Shown piece after piece: positions 8,909 through 16,829 of a DNA stretch of 64,000 nt. Position numbers and translations under genes: made by a program. The DNA is from an uncultured Gammaproteobacteria bacterium (GTDB lineage Bacteria; Pseudomonadota; Gammaproteobacteria; Magnimaribacterales; TMED112), in NCBI GenBank assembly GCA_913020145.1, contig CAJWAI010000002.1:11667-75666 (forward strand). Reading direction: 5' to 3'. The notes beneath the pieces are model-generated. The model ran no database searches, had not been told where the DNA came from, and saw nothing but the letters and a program-made list of their open reading frames with translations. Every line of letters begins with the position of its first letter. Positions within the stretch are counted from its first letter, which is position 1.

Positions 8909-9414
8909 AATTTGATCCAATGTTCACGCCAAAAGAAATGCTTGAAAAAGGTATTTTTGGGGGCACATATTTTGCGGAATTAATCGATTATAGGGATTAT
9001 CCTGAAGAATGGTTTGAAAATATAGATGAAAATTTCTATAAGTCTGATAAATATCTAACAAAAGTTAATTTTTTTAAAATTAAGTCCGGTCAATCACAGG
9101 AAGAATGGGAAGCTGCTGGATGGATGCATAAAGACGATCCTAGGGGATGGTTTGAATGGTATTGCAAATATTTTTTAGGCAGAAGACACGAAGATGATGA
9201 AAGACAGATTAAGAGATGGGCAGCATTTTGTGGCCCAAATGGAAGGTGGAGAAATATTATTTATGCAAAAATCCATGCATCAGGATTCAATCTAGAAAAT
9301 TGCCAAGATGTAAGTAGAAGAATTCAGCAATCTCTACTGCATTGGTCTTATATGGTAAACAAAAAAGATTATGCTACTTGGAAAAAAGAAAAAGGCATAA
9401 CTGTAGAATTTTAA
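8905..9414 (+). CDS. Hypothetical cytoplasmic protein, Trp/Arg-rich
   Basis: 169 aa ORF coupled by a 4-nt overlap to the hydroxylase gene. GWFEWYCKYFLGRRHEDDERQIKRW segment. No family recognised. Confidence 0.5.
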   Translation: MKFDPMFTPKEMLEKGIFGGTYFAELIDYRDYPEEWFENIDENFYKSDKYLTKVNFFKIKSGQSQEEWEAAGWMHKDDPRGWFEWYCKYFLGRRHEDDERQIKRWAAFCGPNGRWRNIIYAKIHASGFNLENCQDVSRRIQQSLLHWSYMVNKKDYATWKKEKGITVEF

Positions 9415-10595
9415 TCTTGGTCTAATTTGCTTTTGTCAGTTTCATCTCTATGTTTTTTGAGATATTTCATAAAAGGTGTCCCACCAGTGCCTCTAACTTT
9501 TGATCCACCAGAACCAAATAAAGTGCTTTTTGTATTCTGACTATGAATATAGTCAGCTGCATATTGAAGATGTTGTGTTCGAAAAATTGAAATCTCTTGA
9601 AGACAGTCGTCATATACTTGTTTTAAATCTTCATTATCATTAATGAAACCTTTAAGTTTGCTATGATTCTCAACGTATTCTATGAGTTCTCTATGACCTG
9701 GAGGCATGTAAAGACGCATTTCATCGAGATACTCTCTAAGTTCATCTCTTTCATGAACTACATTAAATAAAGCATCTAAAGTTGGCACTATTGAGCTTTG
9801 AGCACCAGTTTCTCCTCTATAAAGTTGTGGTTCATTATTAAAGCAATCTTCATAAATTAAACCATCAGGTAAATCAGGATTGTTTTTCCAGCCAAAAATA
9901 TAAGGCCTTACTCTATGGTAATAAATGTATGGATCACATTTTTCAGGCATCTTTCTAAAAATATGATTAACCTCCATCATAGACTCTTTAATAGTTGTTA
10001 ATTTTTCTGAAAGAAAATTTTTCTCGATAGAATCATTTTCAAAAGCTACTGCAATATCTAGAGCAGAGGTAATTGCTAATTTAGCTTCACTCTCAATGCA
10101 TACATGAATTGTGACAAACCAGTCCTCATCAATCCCTCCTAAGAAATTATAGTTAAGAGCAACATTATCAAGAGATACAGGTTCACCAGCATCAATTTTA
10201 TGCCAATTATCTAAACAATAACTTGCATAACTAAGGACAGCCGGCCTTCCCAACATTTCAGAAATTTTAACCCAAGGTTTAGCTAAGCAAGCTGGTAACA
10301 CTTTAGAAGGATTTAAATCACCCCATACATATGCATGGGCTAAAAAAGAAAACTGTACATTTAGTGATCTTAATTCTTCTTCCTTGTAGTTAGATAAATC
10401 ATGAGAAAAGAAAGAAGAGGGCAGCTTATCTACTTGATTTCTAATTTTATTTGTTAGCAGTAATTTTGGTATTGCTAAGGTTAGTTCCCTAAGTTTCAGA
10501 ACATCTTTATTAGAATCATCAAGATGATATAAAGGTTCTGTATTAGGCAAAAAACCATTAAATAACGTTTTATCAAGGCTCAAATAAGATTGCAT
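9411..10595 (-). CDS. Indoleamine 2,3-dioxygenase (IDO) family heme dioxygenase
   Basis: Collinear by eye with animal IDO1. HAYVWG matches MAYVWG; PYIFGWKNNPDLPDGLIYE matches IYLSGWKGNPQLSDGLVYE; ETGAQSS matches GGSAGQSS; MRLYMPPGHR matches MRRYMPPAHR; FRTQHLQYAADYI carries the proximal His; RGTGGTPFMKYLK matches KGTGGTDLMNFLK. Confidence 0.85.
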   Translation of the reverse strand: MQSYLSLDKTLFNGFLPNTEPLYHLDDSNKDVLKLRELTLAIPKLLLTNKIRNQVDKLPSSFFSHDLSNYKEEELRSLNVQFSFLAHAYVWGDLNPSKVLPACLAKPWVKISEMLGRPAVLSYASYCLDNWHKIDAGEPVSLDNVALNYNFLGGIDEDWFVTIHVCIESEAKLAITSALDIAVAFENDSIEKNFLSEKLTTIKESMMEVNHIFRKMPEKCDPYIYYHRVRPYIFGWKNNPDLPDGLIYEDCFNNEPQLYRGETGAQSSIVPTLDALFNVVHERDELREYLDEMRLYMPPGHRELIEYVENHSKLKGFINDNEDLKQVYDDCLQEISIFRTQHLQYAADYIHSQNTKSTLFGSGGSKVRGTGGTPFMKYLKKHRDETDKSKLDQD

Positions 10596-10669
10596 TTAAT
10601 TATTCTATATTAGATAAGTTTTTTTACATTATTTACTTGCATAATTTTACTTAATTCATATAATTCTTG

Positions 10670-10688
10670 AATGAGAATGATTCTCATT
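10670..10688. promoter_or_regulatory. Fur box-like 9-1-9 palindrome (AATGAGAAT-G-ATTCTCATT), followed by a second partial site GATTATCATTT at 10691-10701
   Basis: Same architecture as the GATAATGAT-A-ATCATTATC consensus. Lies 36 nt upstream of the ATG of a TonB-dependent receptor, within the 128-bp divergent region shared with the IDO gene. Confidence 0.6.
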
Positions 10689-10723
10689 TAGATTATCATT
10701 TAGATTTTAAGAAAAAGGTTGAT

Positions 10724-12784
10724 ATGAAGAATTTAATAAAAATATTATTTTTGCTATCAGGTGTGTTATTTGCACAAACTGATGGAAACTCAGAGGATCA
10801 AGTAGAGGAAGTTGTCGTAAAAGGTAATGTACTTTACTCGGATCAAGTAAATGCTCTTAAGACCCCGGTACCTGTTTTAGATGTACCGCAGACGGTAACC
10901 ATCGTTACAGACGATCAAATCCGTTCACAAGGTCTTAGAGAAATAGGAGATATTGTCCGTTACACACCTGGTGTGAATACATCACAAGGTGAAGGACACA
11001 GAGATGCAGTTGTTTTTAGAGGTGTTAGATCAACAGCAGACTTCTATTTGGATGGTGTAAGAGACGATGTTCAATACTATCGATCTTTATATAACGTTGA
11101 ACAAGTTGAAATTCTAAGAGGTCCGAATGCACTTTTATTCGGTCGTGGTGGTACTGGCGGTATCATTAATAGAGTTACTAAAAAAGCTGTTTTAGGTGAA
11201 ATGTTCGGCGGTTATGATCTAGGTACAGATTCATTTGGCGCTCTTGATTTTGCTGCTGATTATAATGTCCAAACTGGTGATAACACAGCACTTCGTTTTA
11301 ACATCCACAGTGATGCTTTAGAGAACCATAGAGACCATTATGATGGCACAAGATTTGGTATGAATCCGACGGTTACAATAGCTCTAAGCGATAAGACAAC
11401 TATGGATTTGTCTTATGAATATGCTGATCATGAGAGATTTATTGATAGAGGTATACCTACTATTAATAATGCACCTGATGAATCACTAAGCAGTATTGTC
11501 TTTGGTGATGAAGACATAAATGTCACTACTTTAGAAGCAAACATTATGCGTGCAAACGTAAGCCACAAATTCTCAGAAACTAGAAAGGGGAACCTAGCAG
11601 TTCAATCTAGTAGCTTTGAGAAAATGTATAGAAATTTATATGCTTCTGGCTATGATGGAACTCTAGTAACTATGGATGGTTATTTAGACCCAACTGAAAG
11701 AGACAACTTTATAGTCTCAGGTAATATAGTCAGCGAAGTAGTTACAGGTTCTGTTACTCATACTATCTTAGTAGGTGCAGAATTAATTAATACAGAAAAC
11801 AAAAACCATCGTTATGACACTAATTGGTCAACTACTGATGATGATAATGAAGTCTTTGATATTTCAAGACCTATGGACTTCACAGTCAATTCAGCTGGCG
11901 TTGCTACTGCTGTTAACTTTACAAACTCTTTAAAGAGTAAAACAGAGTCTGATATAGCAGTAACATCTTTATTTGTTCAAGATCAAATGGATCTTACAGA
12001 TAATGTAAAACTTATGATAGGTGGTCGTCTAGATAGTTTTGATATTACAGTTGATGACATAAAAAATGGAACATCTGAGTCAAGAACAGACGACAGGTTT
12101 TCTCCAAGAGCTGGCCTTATATATAAGCCTCAAGAAAGTGTTTCTTTATACATGAGTTATAGTGAAAGTTTCTTACCTAGATCTGGTGAGCAATTTAAAG
12201 CTCTAAGTGCTACATCAGCACGATTAGATCCTGACGTATTTGAAAGTACAGAACTTGGACTTAAATGGGCTATGACAGATACTCTAAGCTTTACAGCAGC
12301 TATATTTGATAGTGAGCAAACTAGAGCTGCATATGATAATGATACTGGTGAAAACTCAGAGATCAGAGGTCTAAGAGTAGATGGAATTGAACTTGAACTT
12401 AGAGGTCAAGTCAGTGATAAGCTAGAACTTGCAGTTGGATATAGCTCTTTAGAGGGCACAACTAGCTCAGGTGGTGTTGCTAGAGAGGTTCCTGATCATA
12501 CATTCTCATTATTTGCGAAATATCAAGTTGATGAGAGCTTTGGTTGGGCATTAGGTGTAACACAACAAGGCGAATCACATATCAAGGATAATAGTACTCT
12601 TATTTTACCTGAGTACACTAGATTTGATTTTGCTGCTTATTGGGATGTTTCAGATGATATGATTCTTAGATTGAATGTTGAGAATTTAACAGATGAACTT
12701 TATTTCCCACATTCACATAGTACTCACCAAGCTTCTGTTGGCGAGCCATTGAATGCTAGGGTCTCATTAAGTAAGAGTTTTTAA
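10724..12784 (+). CDS. TonB-dependent outer-membrane receptor (siderophore/iron-complex type)
   Basis: Signal peptide MKNLIKILFLLSGVLFAQ. Plug-domain motifs (VTIVTDDQIRSQG, VEILRGPNALLFGRGGTGGIIN). Beta-barrel ending in ...SLSKSF. ATG 10724 chosen because the TTG at 10667 would place the Fur box inside the coding sequence. Confidence 0.9.
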   Translation: MKNLIKILFLLSGVLFAQTDGNSEDQVEEVVVKGNVLYSDQVNALKTPVPVLDVPQTVTIVTDDQIRSQGLREIGDIVRYTPGVNTSQGEGHRDAVVFRGVRSTADFYLDGVRDDVQYYRSLYNVEQVEILRGPNALLFGRGGTGGIINRVTKKAVLGEMFGGYDLGTDSFGALDFAADYNVQTGDNTALRFNIHSDALENHRDHYDGTRFGMNPTVTIALSDKTTMDLSYEYADHERFIDRGIPTINNAPDESLSSIVFGDEDINVTTLEANIMRANVSHKFSETRKGNLAVQSSSFEKMYRNLYASGYDGTLVTMDGYLDPTERDNFIVSGNIVSEVVTGSVTHTILVGAELINTENKNHRYDTNWSTTDDDNEVFDISRPMDFTVNSAGVATAVNFTNSLKSKTESDIAVTSLFVQDQMDLTDNVKLMIGGRLDSFDITVDDIKNGTSESRTDDRFSPRAGLIYKPQESVSLYMSYSESFLPRSGEQFKALSATSARLDPDVFESTELGLKWAMTDTLSFTAAIFDSEQTRAAYDNDTGENSEIRGLRVDGIELELRGQVSDKLELAVGYSSLEGTTSSGGVAREVPDHTFSLFAKYQVDESFGWALGVTQQGESHIKDNSTLILPEYTRFDFAAYWDVSDDMILRLNVENLTDELYFPHSHSTHQASVGEPLNARVSLSKSF

Positions 12785-12970
12785 TTAAAACTCATAAGAA
12801 ATTAAATGGGGGGCAAGCAAATATTAAAGGTCTTGAGTTGTCATATTCCACCCTTGCAACATATGATGACCATTCAAGAACTATAATGCTTGCCTATACC
12901 ATTTTAGTTGTGAAATAGGCTTTCGATTCATATTTTTACCTTTCATAGAATAGGGAGACAGTTTCACTTA

Positions 12971-12998
12971 GCCCCTTAGAAATGAGGGGCTTTTTTTT
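12971..12998 (+). terminator. Intrinsic terminator (GCCCCT-tagaaatg-AGGGGC-T8)
   Basis: GC-rich 6-bp stem followed by eight T, about 190 nt downstream of the receptor stop. Confidence 0.7.
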
Positions 12999-13027
12999 AG
13001 ATAAAAACTGTTTAGACTAAAAGCATT

Positions 13028-13465
13028 ATGAAACTTAGTTATCCACCATTAATTGTTTTAGGATGCATTGCTGTTCAGGTTTTACTTAACATGCTAGTCC
13101 CTTTAGAAGTTAACTTAAGTCTTCTATTAGGTCTTCTTATACTTATATTTTCTTTAGGCACCATTACGTATGCTTTTAGAGAGCTTAATAATTATGAAAC
13201 AACATATATACCTGATGGAGAACCTGAGAAACTAGTTACTTCTGGCCCATTTTCTTTTAGTAGAAATCCTATCTACTTAGGTATGGCTGGAGTGCTTTTA
13301 GCAATTGCCTTTTTATTGCAATCACTTTCTGCTTTGTTAATACCTATATTGTTTATTTCAATAATACAAAACACCTGGATACCACATGAAGAGAAAAAAT
13401 TAGCGGAAATATTTGGAGAGGAGTGGATGACTTATTCAGAAAAAACAAAAAAATGGTTATGGTGA
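13028..13465 (+). CDS. Isoprenylcysteine carboxyl / phospholipid methyltransferase family membrane protein
   Basis: 145 aa with about 4 TM segments. LVTSGPFSFSRNPIYLGM and PHEEKKL match the ICMT/PEMT-type signature. Confidence 0.7.
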   Translation: MKLSYPPLIVLGCIAVQVLLNMLVPLEVNLSLLLGLLILIFSLGTITYAFRELNNYETTYIPDGEPEKLVTSGPFSFSRNPIYLGMAGVLLAIAFLLQSLSALLIPILFISIIQNTWIPHEEKKLAEIFGEEWMTYSEKTKKWLW

Positions 13466-14902
13466 GATATTCTCATTAATTAGTTGTTTCCATAGACGAT
13501 AATCATCTTCCATAATTTTATTTAGATTAGTATCTGGATTACATACTTTTTTTTCTTGTTTTTCTAATAAATCTATATTCATTAATCCAGCAGTAATACC
13601 AGCTAAGCAAGCTACGCCTTTTGCAGTCGATTCTGTATTTTTAGGCACTTGTATAGGGATATTTAATACATTGGCAATATGGGAAACAAAGGTTTTATTT
13701 GTTGCCATACCTCCATCGACACTTAAGGATTTAACATTTATTTCAGATTTTTCTAAGCAATCGACTATATCTTTAGTTTGATAGGAAATGGAATTAAAAG
13801 CTGCATTAATAAGATCTTTTTTCGTTGTGTCCCTAGTGATGCCATGAAAGCTTGCTCTAATATTAGAATCCCAATATGGAGCTCCAAGACCAGTGAATGC
13901 TGGTATAAAATGGACTCCATTAGCATTAGCATCTAAATTTAAAAATTTCTCGGATTCTGAACTTTCTTTGAAAAACTTAAGATTATCTCTTAACCATTGA
14001 ATTACTGTACCGGCAGAATATATACTACCTTCAACTGCATAATGAATCTGATTATTGAAACTAAAGCCTATAGTAGTTAAAAGACCCTGTTTAGAAGTTA
14101 GTGGTTTAAGTCCAATATTAGACATTAGAAAACAGCCTGTTCCATAGGTGCTTTTTAGATCACCAGCATTTAAACATCCTTGTCCAAATAATGCAGCTTG
14201 TTGGTCTCCTAATACTGCATTCACATAAATATTGTTGCATTCAGATAAAGAACCAAATGAATCATCAGAATTAGCAACTTCAGGTAACATTGATTCAGGA
14301 ATATCAAATAGATCAAGTAGATATTTATCCCAAGTAAGGGTATTTATATTGAACAACATTGTTCTTGATGCATTAGTTATATCAGTTTTGTATATGCTGC
14401 CTTTTGACAAAACATACATAAGGTATGTATCTACTGTGCCAAAACATAAATTTCCTTCTTTGGCTTTAACTTTTGCATCTTCAACATTATCTAATATCCA
14501 TTTTATTTTTGTTGCAGAAAAATAAGGGTCTAATAACAAGCCAGTACGTTCGGATATTTCCTTTAGAATTTCTTTATCTTTAATAGAAGAACAAAAATTC
14601 TCAGTTCTTCTATCTTGCCAGACTATAGCGTTATAGATTGGATTTCCTGACTTCCTATCCCAGACTATAGTTGTTTCTCTTTGATTAGTGATTGATGCTG
14701 AACAAATATCGTCTAGGTTAATATTGCTTAATGTATCTGTGACAGAATTGATCAAAGCACTTGGATCAATTTCTACCCATCCATCATTAGGGTAGATTAA
14801 TGGATATTCCTTTTGTGATATTTCAACAATTTCTGCATTAGAATCAAAGATAATTGATCTTGAACTTGTAGTACCTTGGTCAATTGTTAAAATCTTACTC
14901 AT
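13457..14902 (-). CDS. glpK: Glycerol kinase
   Basis: MSKILTIDQGTTSSRS N-terminus, GDQQAALFGQ, FGTKGTGCF-like segment. The internal ATG at 14902 gives the canonical N-terminus; the 28-aa extension in the ORF track is not GlpK-like. Confidence 0.9.
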   Translation of the reverse strand: MSKILTIDQGTTSSRSIIFDSNAEIVEISQKEYPLIYPNDGWVEIDPSALINSVTDTLSNINLDDICSASITNQRETTIVWDRKSGNPIYNAIVWQDRRTENFCSSIKDKEILKEISERTGLLLDPYFSATKIKWILDNVEDAKVKAKEGNLCFGTVDTYLMYVLSKGSIYKTDITNASRTMLFNINTLTWDKYLLDLFDIPESMLPEVANSDDSFGSLSECNNIYVNAVLGDQQAALFGQGCLNAGDLKSTYGTGCFLMSNIGLKPLTSKQGLLTTIGFSFNNQIHYAVEGSIYSAGTVIQWLRDNLKFFKESSESEKFLNLDANANGVHFIPAFTGLGAPYWDSNIRASFHGITRDTTKKDLINAAFNSISYQTKDIVDCLEKSEINVKSLSVDGGMATNKTFVSHIANVLNIPIQVPKNTESTAKGVACLAGITAGLMNIDLLEKQEKKVCNPDTNLNKIMEDDYRLWKQLINENISP

Positions 14903-15170
14903 GTCTAGAATAAATATTTTAACTCTAATCTTTGTAACATTCCTCATAAGCGGATGCTCTTCTGTAGAAAATAATTCATTTGGCAAAGAACGTGAAAAAA
15001 AGATAAATGAACTTAAGGATGATTGCTCATTTGCAACTATTGATTATGACAGGGCTGGGAATCCACTTTATATTTGTTATAAAGATAGCTCATCACTAAA
15101 TAGACCAAAAGATAAATCAGATTTAGATAAAGATAAATCAGACACTGAAGAGACAGCCACAGTTGATTAA
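14901..15170 (+). CDS. Small lipoprotein (function unknown)
   Basis: Lipobox FLISGC after a hydrophobic signal. Acidic/Lys-rich C-terminal tail. Confidence 0.6.
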   Translation: MSRINILTLIFVTFLISGCSSVENNSFGKEREKKINELKDDCSFATIDYDRAGNPLYICYKDSSSLNRPKDKSDLDKDKSDTEETATVD

Positions 15171-15393
15171 ATACACGATTTATTCAAAAAAAAATTGTTC
15201 TTACTGTAATAGAGCGGCTACTTTATTAGAAACTATGGATATTTCTTTTGAAATTAAAAAAATTGATGAAGACATAAATTTATATAAAGAAATGCAGGAG
15301 AAAGCTCCCCTAATGAAAACACTGCCAGTCATTTTAAAAAATAATGAATTAATTGGTGGTTTTAGCGATTTAGTAAAGTCTTTAAAGTCCTAA
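15163..15393 (+). CDS. Glutaredoxin
   Basis: 76 aa with CSYC active site and the TLPVI...GGFSDL glutaredoxin fold pattern. TTG start overlapping the upstream stop. Confidence 0.8.
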   Translation: MIKYTIYSKKNCSYCNRAATLLETMDISFEIKKIDEDINLYKEMQEKAPLMKTLPVILKNNELIGGFSDLVKSLKS

Positions 15394-16784
15394 TGGATCA
15401 TTTTATTTTTTATGATACTGAAACATCCTCTCTAAGAGAGTTAAATTTCGTTCAAGCCATTCAAATCGGTTCAATTTTAACAAATTCATCATTAAAGCAA
15501 ATCGATTCATTTAGTACATTATGCTCGCCATTACCATGGACTTTAGTTACACCTAAAGCACTTTTAATAAACAAAAAGAAAGAAATCTTTGATACTGAAA
15601 TTACTCATTATCAAATGATTAAATCTGCATATGGTAAATGGTCATCGTGGTCTTCTTCTGGCAAGGCAGTTTTTATTTCATACAATGGCATGCGTTTTGA
15701 TGAAGAAGTAATGAGGCGACAGTTTTATTGGAATTTGTTTGACCCATACATTACAAATACTAATGGAAACGCTCGCTTAGATCTTTATTTAAAAATGTAT
15801 GTAGTTGGGTACTTTTATAGAGATTTATTTCCAATTCCGGAAAAAAATAATCAAATTTCATTAAAGTTAGAACATTTTGCTGAGTTATTTAGAATGAATA
15901 CACAAAATGCTCATGATGCACTTGAAGATTGTGAATACTTAAAGGAACTTTTCAATCAAATTAAATCACGATTACCAAATTTTTATAATGAGATAATTAC
16001 AACAACTTCTAAACAAGAATTATTTGATCATTTGATTGCTAACGAAGTTAACTATCTTTCTTCTTATATTCCGTCTAATAAAACTTTAAGATCGATGCCT
16101 TTCACAATATTGGCAGGTATAGAAGCCATGAACCAAACAATAATATTTAATTTAAATAATGACCCCAAGGTTTATTTTGACTTAACTTTTTCGGAGTTGA
16201 GAGAAGTAATCGAAAATAGATCTGAATCTCCTTTTAAGACCATAGGCATAAACCGTACAATTCCAAGTATTTCAGCAGAAACTTTAAAACAAGATAAAAT
16301 TTTACCTAGTGACAATGATTTGTACTTAGAAAGAGCTAAACAACTTAGAAGTAACCCTGATTTTATTTTTAAAGTAAATGAGATCTTTGCAGATAAAGAA
16401 AAACCAATTTATCAAAACTCATATAATGAAGAGCAAATTTATTCAGGTGGATTTCCAAATCAAATTAACAAAGACAGAATGAAAAGTTTTCATAATGCAC
16501 AATCCCTTACGGAAAAACTCTCAATCGCAAATTCTTTTGATGACGAGAGACATCGAGATTTTGCAATACGAATTTGTGCTCAGGAATATCCTTCAGAGAT
16601 AGACATTAAGCACCTTCAACATTGCAAGAATTTGGTTAAATTGCGCTTCAGTGAAGATGGTCCTTGGCCTGATGCAAAAAAATATCTGCAAGAAGGGGAG
16701 AGCCTATTAGCAGAACTAACTAATCCAGATGAAAAAAAACTGGTGAAATTAGCAATTAATTCGATCAAATCTAGTCGAAATTAA
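15393..16784 (+). CDS. sbcB: Exodeoxyribonuclease I
   Basis: DEDDh exonuclease motifs (FYDTETSS, YNGMRFDEEV, HDALEDC) plus the long SH3-like/helical C-terminal region typical of ExoI. TAATG junction with the glutaredoxin gene. Confidence 0.8.
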   Translation: MDHFIFYDTETSSLRELNFVQAIQIGSILTNSSLKQIDSFSTLCSPLPWTLVTPKALLINKKKEIFDTEITHYQMIKSAYGKWSSWSSSGKAVFISYNGMRFDEEVMRRQFYWNLFDPYITNTNGNARLDLYLKMYVVGYFYRDLFPIPEKNNQISLKLEHFAELFRMNTQNAHDALEDCEYLKELFNQIKSRLPNFYNEIITTTSKQELFDHLIANEVNYLSSYIPSNKTLRSMPFTILAGIEAMNQTIIFNLNNDPKVYFDLTFSELREVIENRSESPFKTIGINRTIPSISAETLKQDKILPSDNDLYLERAKQLRSNPDFIFKVNEIFADKEKPIYQNSYNEEQIYSGGFPNQINKDRMKSFHNAQSLTEKLSIANSFDDERHRDFAIRICAQEYPSEIDIKHLQHCKNLVKLRFSEDGPWPDAKKYLQEGESLLAELTNPDEKKLVKLAINSIKSSRN

Positions 16785-16829
16785 TATATCTATTTGTTTA
16801 TAATAGGAACCCGAGTACGTCAGGGCATT

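Noticed and set aside
10667-10723. ORF-track N-terminal extensions: TonB receptor from TTG 10667, glpK from 14986, phoB from 41339, gspH from 49086, SDR from 62429, PhoD-like from 30320, and the DUF protein from 16794.
   Set aside because: In each case an internal ATG yields the canonical N-terminus or a proper signal peptide. The extension would overlap a neighbouring gene or a regulatory site and is not family-like.
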